DNA of 64,000 nt from Thermodesulfobacteriota bacterium. GTDB lineage: Bacteria > Desulfobacterota > Desulfobacteria > Desulfobacterales > JARGFK01. Position numbers and translations under genes: made by a program. This document shows positions 36,787 through 46,014 of this stretch, one piece after another. Where the stretch lies: contig JBFLWU010000007.1 in assembly GCA_040757625.1 (NCBI GenBank), positions 1,110 to 65,109 on the forward strand, given 5' to 3'. The notes beneath the pieces were generated by a model. That model was not told the DNA's origin and ran no database searches. It was given only the letters and a program-made list of their open reading frames with translations. Within the stretch, counting starts at the first letter, position 1. Each line of letters starts with the position of its first letter.

Positions 36787-37662
36787 CTACCGCCGCACTT
36801 CCGTGCCGATGCCCTTGTCGGTAAAAAGCTCCAGCAGGAGCGCATGCCGCTTTTTGCCGTTGATGATGTGGACCTTTTCGACCCCGCATTTGACCGCTCC
36901 CAGGGCGCATTCAATTTTAGGAATCATCCCGCCGGTAATAATCGTTTTCCGGAGCATGTCTTCGGCGCCGGCGGCGTCCAGAGACGATATCAGCGCGCCT
37001 CCGGCGTCCAGGACGCCGTCCACATCCGTCATGAATATCAACCGGCCGGCGCTCAGGGACATGGCGATCCGGCTGGCCACCAGATCGGCGTTGATGTTAA
37101 AGGTTTCCCCGGCGCTGCCGGCGCCCACCGGTGCAATGATGGGAATGAATCCCTGCTGGGTCAGCGTATTGATGATCGCCGGGTTGACCTGGGTGACCTC
37201 GCCCACCAGCCCGGGATCGATAATTTCCGGCGGCTTGTCCTCTTCGGCCTGGTGGACGATATGCATCTTTTGGGCAAGGATCAGCCCCCCGTCCTTGCCG
37301 CTCAGGCCCACGGCCTTTCCGCCCTGCCGGTTGATCTGGGCCACGATGGCCTTGTTGATCTTGCCGCCCAGAACCATTTCCACCACGTCCATGGTGGGCT
37401 CGTCCGTGAGCCGCATGCCCCGCACGAATTTAGGGCTGATGCCCATCCGGTCCAGCACCTGGTTGATCTGGGGGCCGCCGCCATGAACCACCACGGGATT
37501 CAACCCGATGAATTTCATCAGGGTAACGTCCCGGGCAAAATCCTCCTTGAGCTGCTCGTCCACCATGGCATGCCCGCCGTATTTGATCACGATGGTCATG
37601 CCGGAAAAGCGGCGGATATACGGCAGCGCCTCGATGAGTATGTCGGCTACGTTGGGGGTCAT
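36787..37662 (-). CDS. argB: acetylglutamate kinase
   Basis: 291 aa with [20 protein letters not shown] and NINADLVA. Confidence 0.92.
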   Translation of the reverse strand: MTPNVADILIEALPYIRRFSGMTIVIKYGGHAMVDEQLKEDFARDVTLMKFIGLNPVVVHGGGPQINQVLDRMGISPKFVRGMRLTDEPTMDVVEMVLGGKINKAIVAQINRQGGKAVGLSGKDGGLILAQKMHIVHQAEEDKPPEIIDPGLVGEVTQVNPAIINTLTQQGFIPIIAPVGAGSAGETFNINADLVASRIAMSLSAGRLIFMTDVDGVLDAGGALISSLDAAGAEDMLRKTIITGGMIPKIECALGAVKCGVEKVHIINGKKRHALLLELFTDKGIGTEVRR

Positions 37663-37747
37663 GTTTTTTCCTTAAAATACTGTCTGTCTTTTTACTGTTG
37701 CTGGTTGCTTATTCCCACCTCAAAACGTTGCGGTAACAAGAACGATT

Positions 37748-37863
37748 GGACCGCAGAGACGCAAAGGTCGCAGGGTTTCTTATGGTTGCTTTTCGTTGAG
37801 AGGACGAAAAGCAAGCAGCTGAAAGCCCTTTTCATTGCGTTCTCAGCGTCTTTGCGGTGAAAT
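37748..37863 (+). repeat. RE-B element, short copy lacking hairpin 2
   Basis: GACCGCAGAGACGCAAAGG, hairpin 1 and AGCTGAAAGCCCTTTTCATTGC, joined directly to GTTCTCAGCGTCTTTGCGGTGAA. It lies in the argB-hslU spacer. Confidence 0.85.
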
Positions 37864-37919
37864 TAACTTCAGCCTCAACCTTAACCTGTTCTTTCCTTGC
37901 TCCCCCGGCAACCGCTCCC

Positions 37920-39293
37920 TTACAATATATACCGGCTCAGGTCCTCGTCGTCCTTGATGTCCTTTAATTTAGCGTTCACATAGGCTGCGTCGATGACGAT
38001 TTTCTTTACGGCAATATCCGGCGCTTCGAACAGAATGTCCTCCAGCAGACACTCCATGATGGTGTGCAGCCGCCGCGCGCCGATATTTTCGGTGGCATTG
38101 TTGACCTCTTCGGCAATCGCCGCGATTTTTTCCACGGCGGCATCATCAAATTCCACATCGACGCCCTCGGTCCGGAGCAGCGCGATATACTGCAGCAGCA
38201 GCGCGTTTTTAGGTTCGGTCAAAATCCTGACAAAGTCCCGGCGGTCAAGGGAATCGAGCTCCACCCGAATGGGAAAGCGGCCCTGCAGCTCCGGTATCAG
38301 GTCCGAAGGCTTGGCGGCGTGAAAAGCGCCGGAAGCGATGAACAGGATGTGATCGGTCATGACCGGTCCGTACTTGGTGGTGACCGTGGAGCCTTCCACG
38401 ATGGGCAGCAGGTCCCGCTGGACCCCTTCGCGGGAAACGTCCGGGCCGTGCCCGCCGTTGCTGCCGGCGATCTTATCGATTTCATCCAGGAAGATGATCC
38501 CGGACTGCTCCACCTTTTCGATGGCCTGGCTGACGACCTTGTCCATGTCCACCAGGTTCTGGGATTCCTCCTGGGCCATGATCTCAAGGGCTTCGGGAAC
38601 CTTGACCTTGCGCTTCTTGGTGGTCTTGGGCATCAGGTTGCTGAACATGTCCTTGAAGTTGATCCCCATTTCCTCCATGCCGACATTTGAAAAAATTTCA
38701 ACCACCGGCATGGCCCGCTCGGACACTTCCAGGTCGACGTAGCGGTTCTCCAGTTTGCCGGCCCGCAGCATTTCACGCAGCTTTTCGCGGGTGGAGTGGG
38801 CGTCGTTTGGCGGCGGCAAGGCGGTTTCCACCGGCGTGCCGGCGGCTCCGTCCGGTTTGACCGCCCCGGCCGACGGCGTTTTGGGAAGCAGCAGGTCCAG
38901 CATTCTTTCCTCCGCAATCGTGCGGGCTTTGTCCTTGACCGCTTCCTGCTCCCTGGACTTGACCATGTTGACCGCCAGTTCAGTGAGGTCCCGGATCATG
39001 GATTCCACGTCGCGCCCCACATAGCCGACTTCGGTAAATTTTGAAGCTTCGATCTTGATAAAGGGCGCGTCCGCCAGGCGCGACAGGCGCCGGGAAATCT
39101 CGGTCTTGCCCACGCCGGTAGGGCCGATCAGGATAATGTTCTTGGGCGCAATTTCATCCCGCAGGTCCGGATCGACCTGCCGCCGGCGCCAGCGGTTGCG
39201 CAGCGCGATGGCAACCGAGCGTTTGGCCTTGTGCTGCCCGATGATATATTTGTCCAGTTCAATGACGATTTCAGATGGTTTCAGTTCGCTCAT
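37920..39293 (-). CDS. hslU: ATP-dependent protease ATPase subunit HslU
   Basis: 457 aa with [17 protein letters not shown], Walker [11 protein letters not shown] and [11 protein letters not shown]. Confidence 0.95.
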   Translation of the reverse strand: MSELKPSEIVIELDKYIIGQHKAKRSVAIALRNRWRRRQVDPDLRDEIAPKNIILIGPTGVGKTEISRRLSRLADAPFIKIEASKFTEVGYVGRDVESMIRDLTELAVNMVKSREQEAVKDKARTIAEERMLDLLLPKTPSAGAVKPDGAAGTPVETALPPPNDAHSTREKLREMLRAGKLENRYVDLEVSERAMPVVEIFSNVGMEEMGINFKDMFSNLMPKTTKKRKVKVPEALEIMAQEESQNLVDMDKVVSQAIEKVEQSGIIFLDEIDKIAGSNGGHGPDVSREGVQRDLLPIVEGSTVTTKYGPVMTDHILFIASGAFHAAKPSDLIPELQGRFPIRVELDSLDRRDFVRILTEPKNALLLQYIALLRTEGVDVEFDDAAVEKIAAIAEEVNNATENIGARRLHTIMECLLEDILFEAPDIAVKKIVIDAAYVNAKLKDIKDDEDLSRYIL

Positions 39294-39357
39294 GATGTTC
39301 GCAGATCTTCACATATTATGGATTTGATGTTTCCTTATATTAAAAGCTTTTGGTTCC

Positions 39358-39513
39358 CACCGCAGAGGCGCAGAGGGCGCAAAGATTATTTTTTCTGTTG
39401 CCTTCTGCTGAGAGGCCGGAAGGCAAACAGGTAAAAGCTTTTTCATTGCCGGCCGCTCACCGGCAATGAAAAATACTATTTACCTCTGCGTTCTCAGCGC
39501 CTTTGCGGTTAAT
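39358..39513 (+). repeat. RE-B element
   Basis: CACCGCAGAGGCGCAGAGGGCGCAAAG, hairpin TTGCCTTC(T)G-CTGAGAGG-C(C)GGAAGGCAA and hairpin CATTGCCGG-CCGCTCA-CCGGCAATG, ending in CTCTGCGTTCTCAGCGCCTTTGCGGT. It lies in the hslU-hslV spacer. Confidence 0.85.
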
Positions 39514-39519
39514 CTTTCT

Positions 39520-40071
39520 CTACAGTTCCTCCACCGTAATCACATTGTTCGTATAGATGCACAGCGATGCCGCAATTTCCATGGCCTGGCGCGCAATATC
39601 GACCGCATCCAGGTCGGCGTATTTCATCAGGGCGGTTGCAGCGGCCTGGGCCGCCATGCCGCCCGAACCGATGGCGATGACATTTTCATCCGGTTCGATC
39701 ACATCGCCGTTGCCGGAAATCAAAAACGTGGCGGCGTGGTCCACGGCGATCATGATGGCCTCGAGCCGGCGCAGGTATTTGTCGGTGCGCCAGTCCCTGG
39801 CCAGCTCAACGGCGCTTCGGGTCAGGTTGCCGTTATAGCGCTCCAGCTTGGTTTCAAGGCGGTCAAAGAGATTGAGCGCGTCGGCGGTGGCCCCGGCAAA
39901 CCCCACGATTATTTTCTCGTTGTACAGCCGGCGGACTTTGCGGGCCTGATGTTTGATGACCGTGTTGTTGAGGGTCACCTGGCCGTCGCCGGCAACCACG
40001 ACCTTGCCCCGGTGCCGCAGCGCCAGGATCGTGGTGCCGTGAAAACTTGCATTATGTTGTTGGTTGCTCAT
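39520..40071 (-). CDS. hslV: ATP-dependent protease subunit HslV
   Basis: 183 aa with [10 protein letters not shown]...GDGQVT. It has a 12-residue extension before the TT catalytic position (see findings). Confidence 0.92.
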   Translation of the reverse strand: MSNQQHNASFHGTTILALRHRGKVVVAGDGQVTLNNTVIKHQARKVRRLYNEKIIVGFAGATADALNLFDRLETKLERYNGNLTRSAVELARDWRTDKYLRRLEAIMIAVDHAATFLISGNGDVIEPDENVIAIGSGGMAAQAAATALMKYADLDAVDIARQAMEIAASLCIYTNNVITVEEL

Positions 40072-40127
40072 TATCTGAACCCCATAAGCAATTTTCGGAT
40101 CATGATTTTACAGTATATTACGTGTGC

Positions 40128-40412
40128 ATTTTGTCCGTTGTCTGTTGTACGCTGTCCATCGCCTCGCCGATCTCAAAAATAATTGAACCGCAGAGGCGCA
40201 AAGGTCGCCGAGTTTCTTCTTATGGTTGCTTTTCGTTGAGAGGACGAAAAGCAAGCAGCTGAAAGCCCTTTTCATTGCCGGCCTCTCACCGGCTATGAAA
40301 ATGAATCTTTCTTTGCGTTCTCTGCGTCTCGAGCGAAGCGGGCGGTGAACAAACCAAGGCGCCTCACTTGTCACACCTGTCTCCCGCCCTTCCCGCCTTA
40401 AGCCGTTAGCCT
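40128..40412 (+). repeat. RE-B element, long variant
   Basis: Near-identical to 53113-53388, including the left extension ...CGCCTCGCCGATCTCAAAAATAATTGAACC and the right tail ...CCTGTCTCCCGCCCTTCCCGCCTTAAGCCGTTAGCC. It lies in the hslV-xerC spacer. Confidence 0.85.
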
Positions 40413-40670
40413 TGCGCCGTGAGCCTTCTCTGCCTACTCCCTCCTTTTTCTCAACCTCAAAGCTGGCCTTTCGCCTTTTGCCGCTGATAAGCTGTTGAGC
40501 TGTTCAGGCTTGCAGGCTGAAGGCTGAAGGTTATATCAGTGCCGAGTGACAAAGAACAGAATATTTTGGAGAGATCTTAATATAAACTGTCCCTTGCCAT
40601 AGTCCTTGATCCCGTCTGTTGTTACCTTCAGTCTTTAGTCTATTTACCTTCAGCCTTTCTTTCCGATCCC

Positions 40671-41639
40671 TCACTTGCGCGGATGCGCCTTGTCGTATGT
40701 CTCCATCAGGCGATCGATGCTGACGTGCGTATATTTCTGGGTCGTGGACAGGCTCTTGTGTCCCAAGAGTTCCTGCACCACCCGCAAATCGGCGCCGGCA
40801 TCCAGCAGATGCGTCGCAAAGGAATGGCGCAGCGCGTGCGGCGACACCGGCGTGGCGATGCCGCACGCCAGCCCCGTTTTATCCAGTATCCGCGCAATGG
40901 ACCGGGCCGTCAGCCGGCCGAAGTTTTTATTCATGAACAGGGGGCCGTCATTTTTCAGGCGGCCTCTGCCGGACTTTGCGTTGGTTTCGGCGTCAAGCCG
41001 GTCCCGATAGGAGCGGATGGACGCCACGGCTTTTTGCCCGATGGGGACGATCCGCTCCTTGCTTCCCTTGCCCAAGACGCGAACGACACCCGCGCCGAAG
41101 TCCACGTCCGAAAGATTCATGCCGGCGATCTCCGAAACCCGCAGGCCGCATGAATAGAGCGTCTCAAAGATCGCGCGGTTTCTCAAGCCCAGGAGGCTCT
41201 TGGTATCAATGGAATCCAGCAGGCGGAACATATCGTCCACCGGCAGATACGTCGGTAGGGTTTTGTCCTGTTTCGGCGTCAGGATCGCATCAACCGGATT
41301 CTCCTGCAAGGCGCCGTGTTTGACAAGATACCTGAAAAATGATCGAACGGCCGACAGCTTGCGCGCCACCGTGGCTTTTTGATTTTTCTTATGCAAAATC
41401 CCCAGAAACTCCCTGATCATCAAGCCGTCCACCCGGCAGACGCTGACATTGCCCTCCGCTCCATTCGCATGTCCGTCCAGGTGGCGTTTTTCGGAAACAA
41501 AGGCCGAAAACTCCTCTAGGTCGCGCAGGTAGGCCCGGCAGGTGTTTTCTGAATAGGCTTTTTCCGTGGAAAGCGACTCGACAAAAGACCGAATCAATGT
41601 GTTCAGGTGAGTTGCGCTCATTCGAACCCCGATTGCCAA
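40671..41639 (-). CDS. xerC: tyrosine recombinase XerC/XerD
   Basis: GLRVSE (catalytic R), HALRHSFATHLL (HxxR) and LGHKSLSTTQKYTHV (Y). The xerC-hslV-hslU order is conserved. An alternative ATG lies at 41621. Confidence 0.85.
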   Translation of the reverse strand: MAIGVRMSATHLNTLIRSFVESLSTEKAYSENTCRAYLRDLEEFSAFVSEKRHLDGHANGAEGNVSVCRVDGLMIREFLGILHKKNQKATVARKLSAVRSFFRYLVKHGALQENPVDAILTPKQDKTLPTYLPVDDMFRLLDSIDTKSLLGLRNRAIFETLYSCGLRVSEIAGMNLSDVDFGAGVVRVLGKGSKERIVPIGQKAVASIRSYRDRLDAETNAKSGRGRLKNDGPLFMNKNFGRLTARSIARILDKTGLACGIATPVSPHALRHSFATHLLDAGADLRVVQELLGHKSLSTTQKYTHVSIDRLMETYDKAHPRK

Positions 41640-42212
41640 TTAGAAATCGATCATTTCTTCAAGTTCCCGCCAGCTGCCGACCTCGGCGAAGGGATGCGCC
41701 TTTCGATTCCAGGGCCGCTTGAACAGAATCGGCGTTACCCCGGCAGCCTCAAGGGTGAAACAGGTTTCCAGCCTGTCTTCAACAAAATAGGAAATGTTCC
41801 GGTTTACCAGCACTTCCGCCTTGCCGTCGAACGTCCCGGTAGCTACGATATCGATGCTGCTCCGGTCCAGCGGCAGCGTTTTTTGGATCCAGCCTGAAAT
41901 GGAATCCAGGTTTGGACGGGCCGTGACAAACAGAAGCGGCCGCCGGTAATGGGCCAGCCGGGAAAGAACTTCCGGAGCGCCTGCCAGCGGCTGTAAGGGA
42001 ATTGAAAAATCACCGTCGATAATTCGACCGAATATGGTTTCCAAAACCCCCCTGTCGATATCGATGCAATCCTCCACCATGTAGCTGGTAATGTCCGCGT
42101 GCCGGAAACCGTCCAGGCGGTATTCATGCCGGGCGATCTCCAGGAAGAGTGACATGGTATCGGCCACGACGTCATCGATATCAAAGGCCACTTTGGATGG
42201 ATCGATCACCAT
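41640..42212 (-). CDS. HAD-superfamily hydrolase (5'(3')-nucleotidase-like)
   Basis: 190 aa with the N-terminal DxDxV motif (AFDIDDVVADT). Confidence 0.6.
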   Translation of the reverse strand: MVIDPSKVAFDIDDVVADTMSLFLEIARHEYRLDGFRHADITSYMVEDCIDIDRGVLETIFGRIIDGDFSIPLQPLAGAPEVLSRLAHYRRPLLFVTARPNLDSISGWIQKTLPLDRSSIDIVATGTFDGKAEVLVNRNISYFVEDRLETCFTLEAAGVTPILFKRPWNRKAHPFAEVGSWRELEEMIDF

Positions 42213-42431
42213 ATCCGGTTCCGTATCGGTTAAAATCTTTTCCTTAATTTACAGATAATAAGCTGTTAAACGATCAAGAACCGGCGCAAGATACTCGGCC
42301 CATGGCAGGCTAAGGTTCAGGTTAAGGTTTAGTCCCACTCTCAACCTCAACCTCAGCCTCAACTTTTTTTTCTGGCCCCCCGCTTTCTTTGCTGCCTACC
42401 GCTTATTGTCTACTGCTTAGTTTTCCCTGGC

Positions 42432-42610
42432 CGCGCCGATCTTAAAAATAATTGAACCGCAGAGGCGCAAAGGTCGCCGAGTTTCTTCTTATGGTTGCTT
42501 TTCGTTGAGAGGACGAAAAGCAAGCAGCTGAAAGCCCTTTTCATTGCCGGCCTCTCACCGGCAATGAAAATGAATCTTTCTTTGCGTTCTCAGCGTCTTT
42601 GCGGTGAAAT
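42432..42610 (+). repeat. RE-B element, canonical short form
   Basis: Terminus at 42456-42473, hairpin 1 at 42495-42523 (loop TGAGAGG), hairpin 2 at 42538-42570 (loop CCTCTCA), and right terminus ...GTTCTCAGCGTCTTTGCGGTGAA ending at 42608. Confidence 0.9.
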
Positions 42611-42691
42611 TAACCTCAGCCTTAACCTCAACCTTCTATTTCCTCACTCCCCGCTGCCCACCGCATAATTTTCCCTGGCTGCTGCTTTTGT

Positions 42692-43024
42692 TTACGCCGC
42701 CCGGCGGGTTTTTTTCTTGAGCCGGGAAATTCGCCGGCGGCAGATCACCGCCTTTTTGCGATCGTCGGCTTCAAGCGCACCCCGGCGCACGGCTTTCAGG
42801 GCCCGAATCTTCTTCTTGATATTACGAACCGAGGCGTCGGCCTTTGTTTTAGCCGGTTTTTCTGCGATCCCTTTTGCCTGGCAGACGGCACTGTACAACT
42901 CCGGCTTGTTCATTCCATGGACGCCGGTAATGCCGGCAATTTCCTTTGCAATTTCACGCAACTCCTTAACCGTCATTTTCTCCAAAGGTTTCTCGGCCCC
43001 TTCTTTTTTCTTCTTTTCAGCCAT
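42692..43024 (-). CDS. small basic protein with Rho-N/SAP-like helix-extended-helix motif
   Basis: The preferred start is ATG 43024 with AAGGAG 13 nt upstream. The peptide reads MAEKKKKEG...MTVKELREIAKEIAGITGVHGMNKPELYSAV with a Lys/Arg-rich tail. The longer track ORF start is unsupported. Confidence 0.5.
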   Translation of the reverse strand: MAEKKKKEGAEKPLEKMTVKELREIAKEIAGITGVHGMNKPELYSAVCQAKGIAEKPAKTKADASVRNIKKKIRALKAVRRGALEADDRKKAVICRRRISRLKKKTRRAA

Positions 43025-43097
43025 GTCCGATTGGTCTCCTTTCCGCGGGATTCGGATCGTCGGCAATTCCGGAAACGATCCCTGCCCTGATTTATCT

Positions 43098-43131
43098 AAA
43101 AAACACAAGCGGAGGCTATACAGCCGCCGCC
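43098..43131 (-). terminator. intrinsic-terminator-like hairpin (minus strand)
   Basis: The minus strand reads GGCGGCGGCT-GTAT-AGCCTCCGCT, pairing at 9 of 10 positions including one G-U wobble, with one mismatch. It is followed by TGTGTTTTTT. It lies between the SPFH gene and the small basic protein gene. Confidence 0.5.
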
Positions 43132-43403
43132 TTTTGTTGTAAACGCCCCACAACCATAACGGCCGGGGCATGTTTTTGAATGCCACTAAATGACGGACTT
43201 GTCAATATGAGACCTTTGCATCACACCCCCTTTCGCTCAATTTCGGCCTCAGGCTCAAATTTTAATCCTCGAAATACACCCGGTATTCCTGTGGTAAAAA
43301 TTTTCGCCTTCCTTGAGCTTGAACGAAATTTGGCGTTTCTCAAAGGCCTCAATCACGCAAGTACCCGCTTCAAGGCGCATGGCAGGAAAAGGCTGCTGTT
43401 GAA

Positions 43404-43510
43404 GAGCTGATAAGCTGTTAAGCTGTTAAGCTTTCTCAACCTCAGCATCAACCTTTATTTATTTCTGCCTACTGCCTACTGCTTACTCCCTACTCCCCAC
43501 TTTTTCCCAA
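43404..43510 (+). repeat. RE-D word-mosaic repeat
   Basis: GAGCTGATAAGCTGTTAAGCTGTTAAGCTTTCTCAACCTCAGCATCAACCTTTATTTATTTCTGCCTACTGCCTACTGCTTACTCCCTACTCC... Partial copies start at about 46185 and 50281, and an inverted copy lies at 56361-56470. Confidence 0.8.
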
Positions 43511-43588
43511 CCTCAGCCTCAACCTTAACCTGCCGTAGGCCTTGGCCGTGCGCCGCTTATTTCAACCCGCAATCCGCAACCTGCTCCC

Positions 43589-44344
43589 TTATTTTATCTT
43601 CTCGTCCATCAGTTTTACGAGCGGACGAAACAGGTCCATGGGAAAGGGAAAAATCGTGGTGGTATTTTTCTCGGATGACATTTCCCGCATGGTCTGCAGG
43701 TATCGAAGCTGCAGCGCCATGGGGTGCTCCCGGATAATTTCAGCGGCTTCCGCCAGTTTGCTGGCTGCCTGGTATTCACCCTCGGCATTGATCACCTTGG
43801 CCCGCCGTTCTCTTTCGGCCTCCGCCTGCTTGGCCATGGCCCGTTGCATTTCCTGGGGCAGGTCGATATGCTTGAGTTCCACCGTGGCAACCTTGATCCC
43901 CCAGGGATCGGTATGCATATCGAGAATCTCCTGGAGTTCGGCATTTATTTTTTCCCGGGCCGCCAGCAGTTCATCCAGCTCCGCCTGGCCGCATACGCTT
44001 CGCAGGGTCGTCTGGGCCAGCTGGGACATGGCATACTGATAATTTTCAACCTCGATCACGGCCTTGACCGAATCGACGACCCGGAAATAAATGACGGCGT
44101 TGACCTTTACGGACACATTGTCCCGCGTAATCACATCCTGTGGGTCCACATCCATGGCCACCAGACGCAAACTGACCTTGACGATCTTGTCGACCACCGG
44201 GATCAGAATAATCAACCCCGGACCTTTGGCCCTGATGACCCGGCCCAGCCTGAACACAACGCCGCGCTCATATTCGTTTAAAATCCGTATGGCCGACGAC
44301 AGAAACAGCGCAACCAGTATGACAATGGCTATGGCAGTGAACAT
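43589..44344 (-). CDS. SPFH/band-7 (stomatin-like, slipin) protein
   Basis: 251 aa with an N-terminal TM helix and [18 protein letters not shown]... Confidence 0.9.
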   Translation of the reverse strand: MFTAIAIVILVALFLSSAIRILNEYERGVVFRLGRVIRAKGPGLIILIPVVDKIVKVSLRLVAMDVDPQDVITRDNVSVKVNAVIYFRVVDSVKAVIEVENYQYAMSQLAQTTLRSVCGQAELDELLAAREKINAELQEILDMHTDPWGIKVATVELKHIDLPQEMQRAMAKQAEAERERRAKVINAEGEYQAASKLAEAAEIIREHPMALQLRYLQTMREMSSEKNTTTIFPFPMDLFRPLVKLMDEKIK

Positions 44345-44560
44345 GGCAATCTCCTTTTCGAGGCCTTTGCAAAACGCCCCCTTTTTACAAAGGTCCTGCT
44401 ATCAGGTTGAAGGGGGAAATCCCCTGAAACAAATTCGGTGTATGACGGAGGACCGGAAAGCACGGTTTCCGTAAATGCCCTCGGTGAAATTCAAAATTCA
44501 ACTATCGAAATTCGAAACCCATTCAAACAACAACATGTCCCAATAATTCAAACCCTGCAA

Positions 44561-44668
44561 TGTCAGCCACACCGACTCTTTGGATCATTTGAATTTCGGT
44601 CATTCGGTATAGTTTCGGGTTTGCGGCTATCGCCTTGAAAAAAGACGGGATTCATGCTTCGGATTTAG
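44561..44668 (+). repeat. RE-C repeat, copy 1
   Basis: TGTCAG...TTTGGATCATTTGAATTTCGGTCATTCGGTATAGTTTCGGGTTTGCGGCTATCGCC..TTGAAAAAAGACGGG. By-eye identity to 48797-48905 is about 80%. Its 3' end overlaps the last codons of the NfeD gene. Confidence 0.75.
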
Positions 44669-45962
44669 AGTTTTTGGCTTCCAGCGGCGCGACCTCAATC
44701 ACCAGGTCCTTTACTTTGAGCACCCGTACTTTGGTGCCGACCTGCAGCGGCAGGGCCGAACGCGCGTTCCACAGCTCGCCGTGCACCTGGACCTTGCCCT
44801 CTGGCGCAAGCGCAACCTTGACCACGCCGGTTTCACCCACCAGTCCCTCGGCGCCGGTCCTCGGCCGCGATACCTGCGATTTGAAAACAAGTCCGGCCAC
44901 CACCACAAAAAATCCGCACACCAGCGCCAGAGTCGGCAGCATCACGCGCCAGGCCACCCGCACTTCAGGGCTGGCCCCTTCAAACAGCATAATGGATCCC
45001 AGCAGAAACGACAAGACGCCCGCCACGCTGAGAAGCCCGTAACTGGTGATTTTCATTTCCATGATAAAAAATACCACCGCCAGCAGGATTAAAAGAAATC
45101 CGGCATAGTTGACCGGAAGGGTCTGAAAAGCAAAAAAGGCCAACACCAGCGAAATCGCTCCGATAACTCCCGGAAATATCGCCCCGGGATGCGACAATTC
45201 AAAATAAATTCCGGCAATGCCGATCATCATCAGAATATAGGCGATATTGGGATCGCTGATGGTTTTCAGAATCTTTGTGCGCAGGCCTTCTTCCAGAACG
45301 GTCCGGGCGGCGCCGTCCAGCTTTAAAACCCCTTTGCCGGGAATCGTGCGCCCGTTGATCTGCCGGATGAGATCGTCCATGTCCGCGGCGACCACATCGA
45401 TAATCTTTTCCTTAAGCGCTTCGGTCTCCGTGGCCGACACGCTCTCCCGGATGGCTTTTTCAACCCAGGCCGCATTGCGGCCCCGTTTTTCAGCCACGCT
45501 TCTGGCGTGGGCCACCATGTCGTTGACCACCTTGTCCGACATGGTCTTATCGATTTTTTTGCCGCCGATCCCTACCGGGTGAGCCGCGCCGATATTGGTT
45601 CCCGGCGCCATGGCGGCAATATCGGCCGCCATGGTGATCATGACGCCGGCCGAAGCGGCCCTGGCGCCCGCCGGCGCCACATATACCGCCACCGGCACGG
45701 GACTGCCGAGAATGGCCATTTCAATCTGACGCATCGATTCCGCCAGGCCCCCGGGGGTGTCCAGCTCTACAACCACCAGGGCCGCCTGATCTTCGGCAGC
45801 CTGCTGAAGCCCTTTTTTGAGAAAATCGGCCGTGCCCGGGCTGATGGCGCTGGAAACGCGGATGATATAGATTTCCGACTCCCCTGCAGAAGCCGCGTAT
45901 AGTCCCCCTGTAAACAGCATAATAGCGGCAAAGACCATATATAAAATTTTAATCGGCTTCAT
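44652..45962 (-). CDS. NfeD-family membrane-bound serine protease (ClpP class)
   Basis: Signal-like N-terminus, VVELDTPGGL, central TM helices and a C-terminal OB-like domain, paired with the SPFH gene. I prefer the ATG at 45962. Confidence 0.85.
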   Translation of the reverse strand: MKPIKILYMVFAAIMLFTGGLYAASAGESEIYIIRVSSAISPGTADFLKKGLQQAAEDQAALVVVELDTPGGLAESMRQIEMAILGSPVPVAVYVAPAGARAASAGVMITMAADIAAMAPGTNIGAAHPVGIGGKKIDKTMSDKVVNDMVAHARSVAEKRGRNAAWVEKAIRESVSATETEALKEKIIDVVAADMDDLIRQINGRTIPGKGVLKLDGAARTVLEEGLRTKILKTISDPNIAYILMMIGIAGIYFELSHPGAIFPGVIGAISLVLAFFAFQTLPVNYAGFLLILLAVVFFIMEMKITSYGLLSVAGVLSFLLGSIMLFEGASPEVRVAWRVMLPTLALVCGFFVVVAGLVFKSQVSRPRTGAEGLVGETGVVKVALAPEGKVQVHGELWNARSALPLQVGTKVRVLKVKDLVIEVAPLEAKNSKSEA

Positions 45963-46014
45963 GGGGTTACTATAAACCTTATTTGATTTTTCAGCAAACA
46001 ATATTCAGAGGGCA

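Noticed and set aside
43180-43410. The 76-aa plus-strand ORF between the small basic protein gene and the SPFH gene.
   Set aside because: It has no RBS, runs into word-array repeats, and is the only plus-strand candidate in a long minus-strand block.
44480-44660. A sigma-54 (-24/-12) or sigma-70 promoter inside the RE-C repeats.
   Set aside because: The candidate GG...GC pairs have 7-8 nt spacing where 10 nt is needed. No TTGACA/TATAAT pair with 16-18 nt spacing was found on the sense (minus) strand.
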